Of a stretch of 32,000 nucleotides of DNA, positions 17,425 through 26,448 are shown in pieces (the stretch's first letter is position 1; every line of letters begins with the position of its first letter). Position numbers and translations under genes: made by a program. The stretch covers positions 120,001 through 152,000 of the forward strand of contig JBAZYK010000001.1 of NCBI GenBank assembly GCA_041659405.1, given 5' to 3'. This DNA comes from Candidatus Altimarinota bacterium (GTDB lineage Bacteria > Patescibacteriota > Gracilibacteria > UBA1369). A model generated the notes under the pieces. That model did no database searches and had not been told where the DNA came from. It saw only the letters and a list, made by a program, of their open reading frames with translations.

Positions 17425-17534
17425 AAATAAATTGGTGAAGGCTTGTTTTTAGCCCGCTTATTGTATTCTTTTTGAGATAACTCCTCAAACAAATCTAATG
17501 GTCAGCTTTTTCCCAAAAATCCTGCCAATTTTCA

Positions 17535-18407
17535 TCAACTGTTTCGTTCGGTTGTCACCAATCCATATTCCTTGTGATCCTCTTTTTTTTCAAGCAGATA
17601 ACTCAGCAAAATGTAACCGGCGGTCAGGTATGGAACAATCAAAAAGGTCCAGTTCATCTCTAAAAATAGATTAAAAAGGGCATGCAAACCAATCGCAATC
17701 AGCAGGCCTTCCATCATTTTTTCTTCTTTGAAACGGACGTCTTTTTTAAAATGGAAAATCCTGGCCATGGTTCTAAAAATCGGCCAACGTTTTTTGTTAT
17801 GCTCATCCTGTAAAACCGGTCCCGCAAACTGGGCAAGGCCATAGTAATAGCCCAAAACTCCCGAAAACATTAAGTGGGCAAAAGTTGAAAATAGTGAGCG
17901 GAAAACGAAAGGATAAAAAATATTTTCCGGACCACGGTTGGTAATAATCGTATTAAAATAAATGATGTTTTCGATGAAAGCAAAGCCAAGCGCGGCAGTT
18001 ACCGCAATTTCAATCGCATCATCAACGGAACAGATTTTTCCGCGATCTGTGGCTTTCATAGCCCAAAATTTGGTCACCTCTTCAATCACTCCAACAATCA
18101 AAAATGTCAAAATAACTTCAAGTGGAATAAGGCCAAAACTCGCAAATCCAATCAGATCGTCCTTGAACGGATGCGTGTATTGGAAGGCATTAAGCCAGGG
18201 AAAGTATTGCCACATGTATTTGTAAACCATTAGCGGCGCAACCGAAACTGCGCCTGCAATAAACGTAATCAGCGACATGCTTTTTTTACCGACCTGTTTT
18301 TTATAAAAAATGTAGCCCCAAATGCAGGCCGGAACGATGGCCAGAAGAATGGAAAGGGCGATTTTAACAAAATTTTCTGTAAAAATACTGGTGAGAGCTG
18401 TGGGCAT
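17535..18407 (-). CDS. PrsW-family intramembrane metalloprotease
   Basis: Multiple TM segments, GVIEEVTKFWAM and ALGFAFIENIIYF, HLMFSGVLGYYYG, ALHALFN motifs typical of PrsW. Confidence 0.85.
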   Translation of the reverse strand: MPTALTSIFTENFVKIALSILLAIVPACIWGYIFYKKQVGKKSMSLITFIAGAVSVAPLMVYKYMWQYFPWLNAFQYTHPFKDDLIGFASFGLIPLEVILTFLIVGVIEEVTKFWAMKATDRGKICSVDDAIEIAVTAALGFAFIENIIYFNTIITNRGPENIFYPFVFRSLFSTFAHLMFSGVLGYYYGLAQFAGPVLQDEHNKKRWPIFRTMARIFHFKKDVRFKEEKMMEGLLIAIGLHALFNLFLEMNWTFLIVPYLTAGYILLSYLLEKKEDHKEYGLVTTERNS

Positions 18408-18496
18408 TTTGATTTTGTTTTTATTTTGGATTCGGCTTTTGACGTTATGTTATTATAACACCTTTCGCCGATTTTTGCCAGGATTTTAAAAAGGCC

Positions 18497-19864
18497 TTAG
18501 AATGGCTGATCTTCCACAGCCGCGTGCATTTTATTTGCAATTTTTGTTTTTAAATTTAACTGCTGATGTTGGCGAATAGTTTTTTCACCGAGATTGAGGT
18601 CGGCGGCGAGGTCCGGTTCGATTTCATGAGTTGCCGTAATAATGGTTTGATGCGTTTGAATGGCTTCCAACAGCATTCTTTGGCGACTACCATCAAGCTC
18701 GGAGAAAACGTCATCCAATAAAAGTAAAGGCTTTTGGCCGGATTTTTGCTGATAAAATTCAAGCTCCAAAAGTTTAAGACTTAGCAGCAATGAACGATAT
18801 TCCCCGCGAGAAGCATGCTGTGAAAGTGGCAGCCCATTCAGGTAAAACACCAGGTCATCACGGTGCGGCCCGATGCTGGTGTGTTCGGATTTGAAATCTT
18901 TAGGTTGAGCGGCCTTGAGCGCTTTTTGATAAGCTTCCTTAATTTGTTCGAGTGAAATGTTGCTGATGGATTCCGCTGTTGTGCGGGAATCCGCCGTACT
19001 TGAAAAATTTGTTTTTTTTGCGGAATCACCTGTTGGCAAATAATCACCCAAACAATGTTGATAGTGAGCGGTAACTTCCTCATTCCCCTGCGAAATTTTT
19101 CGGTACTGCGCCTGCAAATTTTGATGAAAAAATTCAATTGATTTGGCGCGTTCCTGAATCAGAACACTGCCGTTTTCAATCAGCTGCTCGTCCCAAATTT
19201 CCACGTCGGCAGCTTTGGCATATCCATCTTTCAACTGATGCAAAAGCGTGTTTCTTTGATCCAAAATACGACGATATGCCCGCAAAGCCTGATAATATTT
19301 TTTGTTGATTTGAAGATTCAAAATATCCAGATAACGACGGCGTAAATCCGGCCCCAGATAAAGCATATTCAAATCTTCCGGATGAAAAAACACCACCTGA
19401 AATGAGCCGATAAAATTGGCGGCACTGGTCTTAACACCATTTTTTTTGTGAACCTTGCCAGGATGCGGAGGTCGACCTAAAAAAACCTCAAGCTCAAAGG
19501 GCTGGTTGTAGCTGGAATTGAAAAATTGAGATAGCCCCGTGGTGGAATTGGCGCTCAAACTGTCAGCGGTTCGTTTTAAAAATTCGGCATCTGCAGCGGG
19601 GTGTCCTGTAGCGCGGTTCGACGCGGCATCTACCGCAAAAAAGCCTTTAACACGCCCAAATTCGGTTTCCCACTGGACCATATCTTCGTGATTATTGGTG
19701 CGAAAAGATTTGGTCAGCGCCAACAAATAAATGGCTTCAAGAATGTTAGTTTTGCCCTGCGCATTTTCGCCCACGATGTAGGTTACGGGCTGACTTGAGT
19801 CAAACTCGAGCTCGAATTTTTGGTGATTACGGAACTGTTCTAAAATGAGTTTTTTCAGATGCAT
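18497..19864 (-). CDS. recF: DNA replication and repair protein RecF
   Basis: MHLKKLILEQFRNHQKFELEF...VGENAQGKTNILEAIYLLALTKSFR; GPHRDDLVFYLNG; LLLLDDVFSELDGSRQ. Confidence 0.95.
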   Translation of the reverse strand: MHLKKLILEQFRNHQKFELEFDSSQPVTYIVGENAQGKTNILEAIYLLALTKSFRTNNHEDMVQWETEFGRVKGFFAVDAASNRATGHPAADAEFLKRTADSLSANSTTGLSQFFNSSYNQPFELEVFLGRPPHPGKVHKKNGVKTSAANFIGSFQVVFFHPEDLNMLYLGPDLRRRYLDILNLQINKKYYQALRAYRRILDQRNTLLHQLKDGYAKAADVEIWDEQLIENGSVLIQERAKSIEFFHQNLQAQYRKISQGNEEVTAHYQHCLGDYLPTGDSAKKTNFSSTADSRTTAESISNISLEQIKEAYQKALKAAQPKDFKSEHTSIGPHRDDLVFYLNGLPLSQHASRGEYRSLLLSLKLLELEFYQQKSGQKPLLLLDDVFSELDGSRQRMLLEAIQTHQTIITATHEIEPDLAADLNLGEKTIRQHQQLNLKTKIANKMHAAVEDQPF

Positions 19865-19985
19865 GGTGGAGTTTTAGCGGGGATGCGCGTAAGAAATTTC
19901 AGGGTACATGGGCGTGTTTTGCGCGTTGTTTTGCGTGTGGCTCCCTTATAGCATCCACTAGCCCCATGGTCAATTTTGAATCCCT

Positions 19986-20038
19986 AGAGTCGCATGCTTT
20001 GAAAGGCATTTGGCCCAAAGTCGACTCTGCCCAAATGC
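19986..20038. other. Interleaved inverted repeats upstream of recF (pseudoknot topology)
   Basis: AGAGTCG (19986-19992) with CGACTCT (20022-20028); GCATTTGG (20006-20013) with CCAAATGC (20031-20038). Confidence 0.45.
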
Positions 20039-20057
20039 TCTGATTTTTTGTACATGT

Positions 20058-20127
20058 CGATCACGCGGGTGGGGCTCTAAATCTCTGCACTTTCCGATCA
20101 CGCGGGGAAAGCTCTAAACCGTTGCAC
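20058..20127. repeat. Imperfect direct repeat, 33 bp, period 37 bp
   Basis: CGATCACGCGGGTGGGGCTCTAAATCTCTGCAC vs CGATCACGCGGGGAAAGCTCTAAACCGTTGCAC, 26/33 identical; second copy runs into the 3' end of the HNH gene. Confidence 0.8.
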
Positions 20128-21132
20128 AACCTGATCAATCACATACTTTGCTTTGCCGATTTCGCTGGTTACATCAGCCGATTTTCGGACTTTCCACAAC
20201 CTTGGCGACAAATCTTCATTTTCAATTAGTCCCAAATGTGCAATGCGTTCGTGTGCCTTGCATAAGCCATAAAGCCGATCAGAGTCGTGAACATTTTCGA
20301 GCGCAAATCTTTGCGTGTGGTGTTTGATGTTGAGTTTTTTATTGCAGCCCGGAAACGCGCACTGGCCGTTGGTTCTTGAAGTAACATATCGGTCGATTTT
20401 GGCCGGAATATGCCGCGAATCGGTCTTCACCGGATCCGGTTTTTGCTCTTCAAGATGTTCTTCACGCATCTGCAAAAGTTGTTTCATCAGATCATTCCAG
20501 TCACCATTTTCGCCTTTAAGTTTTTCCAGTTGAGCCAGAATTTCCGGATCAAGCTGCATGGCCACAAGCTTTTTGACGGATTGAAAAGTTTCTGGCGTAT
20601 TCGGGATTTTCGGGACGTCCCAAGAAATATCCTCAGATTTTGGCTCAAATAAGCCAATTTGATTTTGGCCGGTTTCATTGTTTGTATGATGCAAGTTTTT
20701 GTTTTGCAAATTTTCAGTATCGAAATTTTCAACTTTCTTAAATTCTTGAACGTAGGTTCTTAAGGTGTGATTGCTCATTTCCATCGCTTTTTCAGCCCAG
20801 AAATTCGCATCTTCTTGAGTCGCGATTTTCACTAATGGCCGAACCGCATTAATTCCTTTTGTTTCCACAACTTTCAGCAAAGCCGGTTTGTCTTCAATTT
20901 TCTTCAAAACCCACAAAGCATCATCGACCGAAGGATGGCTCATCCCCGCCAACTTTGCCGCATATTCGTAAATGTCCCTGAAACCTTTTTTCTTCCAAAT
21001 TTCGTACTTTTCGATTTCTGGAAGCAGTAAAGAGCACTTCCAAATCCATTCCTTGGCGTTCCTGCCAAACGTTACAAATTTTTCATGCAGAATTTTTTCC
21101 TGAACCGTTATTTTTTGAAGATTTGTTTGCAT
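20098..21132 (-). CDS. HNH-nuclease-domain-containing protein, 344 aa
   Basis: C-terminal RYVTSRTNGQCAFPGCNKKLNIKHHTQRFALENVHDSDRLYGLCKAHERIAH (CxxxC...HH...CxxH); helical N-terminal region. Confidence 0.8.
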   Translation of the reverse strand: MQTNLQKITVQEKILHEKFVTFGRNAKEWIWKCSLLLPEIEKYEIWKKKGFRDIYEYAAKLAGMSHPSVDDALWVLKKIEDKPALLKVVETKGINAVRPLVKIATQEDANFWAEKAMEMSNHTLRTYVQEFKKVENFDTENLQNKNLHHTNNETGQNQIGLFEPKSEDISWDVPKIPNTPETFQSVKKLVAMQLDPEILAQLEKLKGENGDWNDLMKQLLQMREEHLEEQKPDPVKTDSRHIPAKIDRYVTSRTNGQCAFPGCNKKLNIKHHTQRFALENVHDSDRLYGLCKAHERIAHLGLIENEDLSPRLWKVRKSADVTSEIGKAKYVIDQVVQRFRAFPA

Positions 21133-21256
21133 ATTTTCTTGGGTTAAATTTTGAATAAAATTCCATGTATGTCATATCCAAATTTTCCCTCTGTTTAGGC
21201 AATAAATCCACACTAAATCCTCAAATCATGATGACTAATTTGATAGATATTTTATG

Positions 21257-21274
21257 GGTGAGTGTATACTCACC
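21257..21274. promoter_or_regulatory. Candidate operator palindrome between divergent HNH and antitoxin-like genes
   Basis: GGTGAGT-gtat-ACTCACC. Confidence 0.5.
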
Positions 21275-21310
21275 TTAACCATTTCTTTTCAGTAAATTTT
21301 GCATTCGTAA

Positions 21311-21325
21311 GTAATATTGTATTAC
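21311..21325. promoter_or_regulatory. Candidate operator palindrome upstream of antitoxin-like ORF
   Basis: GTAATA-ttg-TATTAC, 30 bp before the ATG at 21356. Confidence 0.45.
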
Positions 21326-21355
21326 GATTGTTTACTAATTACTTTTCTATAATTT

Positions 21356-21508
21356 ATGCGATCCATATTGAACATTGACCTCCGAGACAAAAAACCAAAA
21401 GAAGAACTCATCAGTGAAGATGAACTTTTAAATATGGCAAAAATAGCTGAACAAGAATATAAAACCGGCAAAACCAAAACTCTTAAAAGCCTAAAAGATT
21501 TGATGTAA
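21356..21508 (+). CDS. Small antitoxin-like protein, 50 aa
   Basis: Manual translation MRSILNIDLRDKKPKEELISEDELLNMAKIAEQEYKTGKTKTLKSLKDLM*; tail EYKTGKTKTLKSLKDL resembles the toxin-binding tails of small type II antitoxins; below the track's size cut-off. Confidence 0.6.
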   Translation: MRSILNIDLRDKKPKEELISEDELLNMAKIAEQEYKTGKTKTLKSLKDLM

Positions 21509-21632
21509 GCCTATATCGGTTGGTTTTCACGCACCATGAAAATCCATTTTATTTGATTATTTTGACGTACAAAGCACCTTTAGCTAAACTCATCGGTGTC
21601 TAATCAGTCTGAATTTTTAAAAAACTACGATA

Positions 21633-23450
21633 ATGAATGATACCAAGCAAAAATCACCGGAAGAAGAAGAGCTCCACGGCATGCGCCATACTTGCTCGCA
21701 TATGCTGGCGCAGGCGATTTTGGAAATGTTTCCGGATGCCAAGTTGGCGATTGGGCCAACCATTGAAAATGGCTTTTATTATGATTTTGATTTGCCGCGA
21801 ACTTTGATTCCGGAAGATTTGGAACTTTTACAGGGAAAAATGGAAAGAATCGCTAATGAAAGACAAATTTTTGAAAGATTGGAAGAGCCTGTTGAAAAAG
21901 CGATCGAGTTTTTTAAGAAAGTTGGACAGCCTTATAAAATGGAAATTGCGTCGGATCTTAAAGATGGAGGTGAAAAAATCGTGACCTTCTATGAGAACCG
22001 TTTGCCGGCTAATTATAAAGGTAAAAGCGGTAATCCCGGTGATCTTAAATTTTCGGATTTGTGTCGCGGTGGGCACACTGAAAATACCGGAAAAACAGGT
22101 GTATTTAAGTTAACAAAAATTGCCGGAGCGTACTGGCGCGGTGATGAAAAACGTCCGATGTTACAGCGTATTTATGGTGTTTGTTTTAAGACCAAACAGG
22201 AACTCCATGATTATTTACAACATCTGGAAGAAGCCAAAAAACGCGATCATCGCAAACTCGGCAAAGAACTTGAACTCTTTACGATTATTGACGAAATTGG
22301 CCCGGGCATGCCGCTTTTTTATCCTAAGGGCGCAATTTTAAGACGCACTTTGGAAAACTATATTACCGAATTGCAGGAACGACGTGGTTATTTGCCGATC
22401 TGGATCCCACATATCACCAAAGGCCGTCTTTATGAAATTTCCGGACATCTGCAAAAATATGACGCAATGTATCCGCCAATGTCTTTGCAGGATGAGGCTG
22501 ATTATTATTTGAAGCCGATGAACTGTCCGCATTTTATGATGCTTTATAAGAGTTTGCCGCATTCTTACCGTGATCTTCCGGTGCGTTATGTTTGCACGAC
22601 CACCAATTATCGCTATGAAAAATCCGGAGAATTGAATGGACTGACCCGCGTTCGCGCGCTGACACAGGACGATTGTCATGTGTTTATGCGACCGGATCAG
22701 ATCGGGCAGGAGATTAATTTGATGCTGGATATGGTTGCGGATGTTTATAAAACTTTTGGTTTTAATGATTTCTGGGTGCGCATTTCTACGCATGATCCTG
22801 CCAATAAAGAAAAATATATCGGCGATCCCGAGATTTGGAAAAACAGTGAAGCGGCGCTACAAGACTTGATTGAAAAACGTGGTTGGAAGCATGAAATCGG
22901 CGTGGGAGAAGCGGCTTTCTATGGACCTAAACTGGACTTTATTTTCAAAGATGTTTTGGGCCGTGACTGGCAACTTTCCACGATTCAGTTGGATATGAAT
23001 TTGCCGCAAAGATTTGACCTTGAATATGTAACTGCTGAAGGTGGCAAAGAAAGACCGGTAGTTGTCCACAGGGCTATTCTTGGCTCTACTGAACGCTTTT
23101 TAGGTATTTTGATTGAGCACTTTGGTGGTTCTTTCCCAACCTGGTTGGCTCCACTTCAGGTGATGATTTTGCCGGTTTCGGAAAAGCATCTTGAATATGG
23201 TCGAAAACTGCATGAAGATTTTTTGGACAAAGGCATTCGCGTTGAAATAGACGAAAACAATGAAAGCCTTGGCAAAAAAATTCGCGCGGCCGAACTTAAA
23301 AAAGTGCCTTACATGCTGATCGTGGGCGACAAGGAAGTGGAAAGTGGTGACGTTTCCGTCCGCAGCAGAAAGACCAAAGATCAAACTACAATGAGTAAGG
23401 ATGAGTTTGCGTCAAAGATTCTGGAGGAAACAAAGACCAGAAGTTTGTAA
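21633..23450 (+). CDS. thrS: Threonyl-tRNA synthetase lacking the N-terminal TGS domain
   Basis: Begins almost directly with editing-domain sequence (GMRHTCSHMLAQAI...FSDLCRGGHTENTG) followed by class II core (LYEISGHLQKYDAMYP..., MNCPHFMMLYKSLPHSYRDLPVR); in-frame TAA at 21618-21620 excludes an N-terminal extension. Confidence 0.96.
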   Translation: MNDTKQKSPEEEELHGMRHTCSHMLAQAILEMFPDAKLAIGPTIENGFYYDFDLPRTLIPEDLELLQGKMERIANERQIFERLEEPVEKAIEFFKKVGQPYKMEIASDLKDGGEKIVTFYENRLPANYKGKSGNPGDLKFSDLCRGGHTENTGKTGVFKLTKIAGAYWRGDEKRPMLQRIYGVCFKTKQELHDYLQHLEEAKKRDHRKLGKELELFTIIDEIGPGMPLFYPKGAILRRTLENYITELQERRGYLPIWIPHITKGRLYEISGHLQKYDAMYPPMSLQDEADYYLKPMNCPHFMMLYKSLPHSYRDLPVRYVCTTTNYRYEKSGELNGLTRVRALTQDDCHVFMRPDQIGQEINLMLDMVADVYKTFGFNDFWVRISTHDPANKEKYIGDPEIWKNSEAALQDLIEKRGWKHEIGVGEAAFYGPKLDFIFKDVLGRDWQLSTIQLDMNLPQRFDLEYVTAEGGKERPVVVHRAILGSTERFLGILIEHFGGSFPTWLAPLQVMILPVSEKHLEYGRKLHEDFLDKGIRVEIDENNESLGKKIRAAELKKVPYMLIVGDKEVESGDVSVRSRKTKDQTTMSKDEFASKILEETKTRSL

Positions 23451-23460
23451 TCGCAAATAA

Positions 23461-23506
23461 AGCTCGCTCAGCTTGCGGTAGAAATAGGCACTTCGCGCGT
23501 GCTTGA
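23461..23506 (+). repeat. Copy C of the short GC-rich dispersed repeat
   Basis: AGCTCGCTCAGCTTGCGGTAGAAATAGGCACTTCGCGCGTGCTTGA, 11 bp after the thrS stop. Confidence 0.7.
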
Positions 23507-23511
23507 ATAAA

Positions 23512-23988
23512 TTAAGCAACGTCTGATTCATCGTCCGCTCTGTCATCATCTGGAGATTGCTCAGCTTCATCAACTGAACCTGCTTTCGGTGGAGTTGTTG
23601 ATGGGCGTACCCGACTGATCGGTCCTCCTTGTCCGTGAATTTTTTCTCTGGTTTCCCCACTAAGCCTTTTGATCGTTCTGAGCACCTTTGCATTATCCTT
23701 CTCTGTTCTACCGGGAATTCCGGAAATCCCTTTTAAGAGCAAAATTCTTTCTGCTTGCGTCAAGCCTTTGGATAACTGATCATTAGTTAAAAATGCAGCA
23801 AATGATTCTTGGTCGATAGGTTTATAGAAACTATGGTTATGTCTATTACGCAAAGCTAGAGCCTTGATACGGGCCTGTTGATAAGCCACTAGGTCAATTG
23901 GGTATCTATCCACCCCACTTTGGGGAGATTCATCATCGCGCCCACTTTCCGGGCCTTGTTTTTCAGGTGATGTATTTCCATGGTTCAT
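23512..23988 (-). CDS. Hypothetical protein, 158 aa, acidic C-terminus
   Basis: ORF with ordered middle (FAAFLTNDQLSKGLTQAERILLLKGISGIPG) and acidic tail; codirectional with the 724-aa gene. Confidence 0.55.
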   Translation of the reverse strand: MNHGNTSPEKQGPESGRDDESPQSGVDRYPIDLVAYQQARIKALALRNRHNHSFYKPIDQESFAAFLTNDQLSKGLTQAERILLLKGISGIPGRTEKDNAKVLRTIKRLSGETREKIHGQGGPISRVRPSTTPPKAGSVDEAEQSPDDDRADDESDVA

Positions 23989-24106
23989 CTCAATTTTGTT
24001 ATATTTTATTAAATCTTTTCTATTTTACACCTTTCGTGACTTATGTCAATGTCCGCCGGTGGTTTGATGTTGGCTTGATGTGGTCGACCTGGTCTTTCTG
24101 TGGCTA

Positions 24107-26281
24107 CTACCTTGCTGAAGTTTTAAAGCTTCCACTGTTCATGACAATTTTTCGAGCAGTTTGTCTGGCGGCTATTTTTTCACGTTTTCTGTAGGTTTGT
24201 GAACCGTAAACTACTGCAGGATGCAGAATATGGTCTATGACAGGCGCTTCACGCTTGGCACGATATTTTTTGTATGAGCTTTCGGTGTTATCACTGACAC
24301 TGTAAAGCAAAAAATCCTTTAAGTTTTGAACAACCGTTATTTCAAAATTCATCCTGGTTTGATCTTTACCAACAAAGGCATATCCGGACATATTTTCCCT
24401 ATTGTGTGCGGGAAAAGCGCTGTTTTCATTTTGCTCTTTTTCTTCGGTGAAGCGTGTCGTTTTTTTACCATCAGTCATGAAATTTCTGGCAAAATATTTA
24501 CGCAGATCTTCATAATCTGCCGGATTAACCGGAATAATGCTGGTGCGCACCAAGTCGGTAAAATCCGGATGTTTTTTTCCTTCACGAAGAAAATTGGATA
24601 TTATGGAAAAAAGATCTTTATCGTGAAATAATTGTTCATTTTCGTTGGCATAAAAATAAACAGGAATTGTTTTTGGCCCCTCATGGGTGGGAATAGTTAC
24701 AGTAGTTTGATAAAATTTCTTGTTCTCGATTTCGTGCAGTACCGAGCCATCTTCACCTGTATTTTTCTCGGCTGGTCGATCCTGAAGAGATTTTTCATCA
24801 GTTATAAAATCATACCTGTTACCGTTGCTTCCGTTTGGATTTTCTTTAACTCTAAAAGAGATTGTTTTAATTTTCTCTTCGGTCAGCTCGCCCATCTCAA
24901 GAAATTCAATAAAGAAATCTCTAATGGCATCACGATCCTTGATTCGATTTTGAACATCTCTAATGTTGGCACATTTTCTAACGATTATCATGTATTTTAA
25001 AACGGTTCCGGCTTCATGACTTAACACTTTTAAAACATTGGATCTTCCATGCTTTTTTATTAATGCTTCCTGCCGCTCTTTTGGAAGTTTCCGCAATAAA
25101 TAAACAGGTCTAATGCTCCACTGTAACAGCTCTTCAACATTGTCAGAAGCCATTATTTCTTTCGTGAAATCATATTCTTTTCTGACCGGATCATTTTGAT
25201 CAGTGTCGGCAAAAAACTCATTAAAGCTCCATTCAATAAAATCCTTGGCCTGTCCAAGATCTTTAGCCAGTGTTTCCCGGTCATTATTACTGGTGTAATG
25301 TCTAAGCAATGGGGCCCGATGTTCCGGTTTTGCCAAAAGAAATTTCCAGACAGCTTTTTTAATGGTTGGTGCCGAAATTACTTTTTCCATTCCACGTTGA
25401 TTGGTACTTGTAAATTCATCAAAATCGGGCTCATCACTCATTTCCGCGGCACGGGCATCAGCAATTACCGGCTCAAAAAATCTGGTCCAGACTTTGTCAA
25501 AATCCGCTTCGTTTTCTCGAGGGAATCCATTGGAATCCTGTGGTAAATTTGCATCTACCGCTCCACGAATACTATCCGTGGATGTTTCGGTCTGATCTTC
25601 GGTTCCAAGAAACCACCGATAAAGCTCATTATGAATAACATGTTCATCTAAAATTTCATTTTCATTCAAAAATTCAATAAATTTCTTAATGTTTCCCGTA
25701 TTCGCTATTACTTCAGTGTTTTTCCGTGATATCAGTCGTGGGAAAATATACTCTTTCATAAATTCTTCCGCGTCTGCTCCAAATTCTTCACGAAAAGTTT
25801 TTTTGGAAATATGCGCGGCAGTTTCATTGATTTTTTCAACCAGGAGTGCCTTAAGTTCACTATCAAACAAGTCAATAACTTTCAAATCGGGATATTGCTT
25901 CTTCAATTTTTGTAAATTTTGATAGAGTGAAGCTATACTTTTTTCATATCTATTTAAAAATTTGAGAAGTTTTGCTTTTGCTTCCTGAAACTGCGGATCT
26001 TCCGGCGTTAATGGGTTTTCAATATTTTCAGTCGGCGCTTGAATGTTCTTGATAAAATCGGCAGCCAAAGAAGTTGCAAATCCATTGCGGAAAATTGCCA
26101 TAAATTCGTGCTCGAGCATGCCATATTTCGTAAACGCACGTGTGACCAGGTCTCTGATTAAGCCCTTGATTGGTGCGTCAGGTTTTGAATTCAATTCTTC
26201 AGCATAATCTGAAAGATCAGCGAATTCCGGGCTTTGCACAATGCGGTGAGGCAAATCTATTTGTTCCGCTAAATTAATCAT
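24107..26281 (-). CDS. Large hypothetical protein, 724 aa
   Basis: Long ORF, charged, no TM segment apparent, no family recognised. Confidence 0.75.
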   Translation of the reverse strand: MINLAEQIDLPHRIVQSPEFADLSDYAEELNSKPDAPIKGLIRDLVTRAFTKYGMLEHEFMAIFRNGFATSLAADFIKNIQAPTENIENPLTPEDPQFQEAKAKLLKFLNRYEKSIASLYQNLQKLKKQYPDLKVIDLFDSELKALLVEKINETAAHISKKTFREEFGADAEEFMKEYIFPRLISRKNTEVIANTGNIKKFIEFLNENEILDEHVIHNELYRWFLGTEDQTETSTDSIRGAVDANLPQDSNGFPRENEADFDKVWTRFFEPVIADARAAEMSDEPDFDEFTSTNQRGMEKVISAPTIKKAVWKFLLAKPEHRAPLLRHYTSNNDRETLAKDLGQAKDFIEWSFNEFFADTDQNDPVRKEYDFTKEIMASDNVEELLQWSIRPVYLLRKLPKERQEALIKKHGRSNVLKVLSHEAGTVLKYMIIVRKCANIRDVQNRIKDRDAIRDFFIEFLEMGELTEEKIKTISFRVKENPNGSNGNRYDFITDEKSLQDRPAEKNTGEDGSVLHEIENKKFYQTTVTIPTHEGPKTIPVYFYANENEQLFHDKDLFSIISNFLREGKKHPDFTDLVRTSIIPVNPADYEDLRKYFARNFMTDGKKTTRFTEEKEQNENSAFPAHNRENMSGYAFVGKDQTRMNFEITVVQNLKDFLLYSVSDNTESSYKKYRAKREAPVIDHILHPAVVYGSQTYRKREKIAARQTARKIVMNSGSFKTSAR

Positions 26282-26448
26282 TATAGTTAAATCATAAAAA
26301 ACCTCTTTCCGTGAAGAGATTCATTGTTTTTGAAACTTTCATTGGCATTCATTCTATGAATTTTCAAAAAAGTGTCAAGGGCTTTTTCACTGAAGGGGCG
26401 CAAGAGATTTTGTTATGCTTAAGCCTTTGCTGGTAAGATGACAGAAGG

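Noticed and set aside
20058-20127. Direct repeat considered as a minimal CRISPR (33-bp repeat, 4-bp gap)
   Set aside because: The gap is far too short for a spacer, the copies are imperfect, and there are no cas genes.
20098-21132. HNH protein as part of a restriction-modification or other defence system
   Set aside because: No methyltransferase, specificity subunit, helicase or other defence-type partner in the window; neighbours are recF and thrS.
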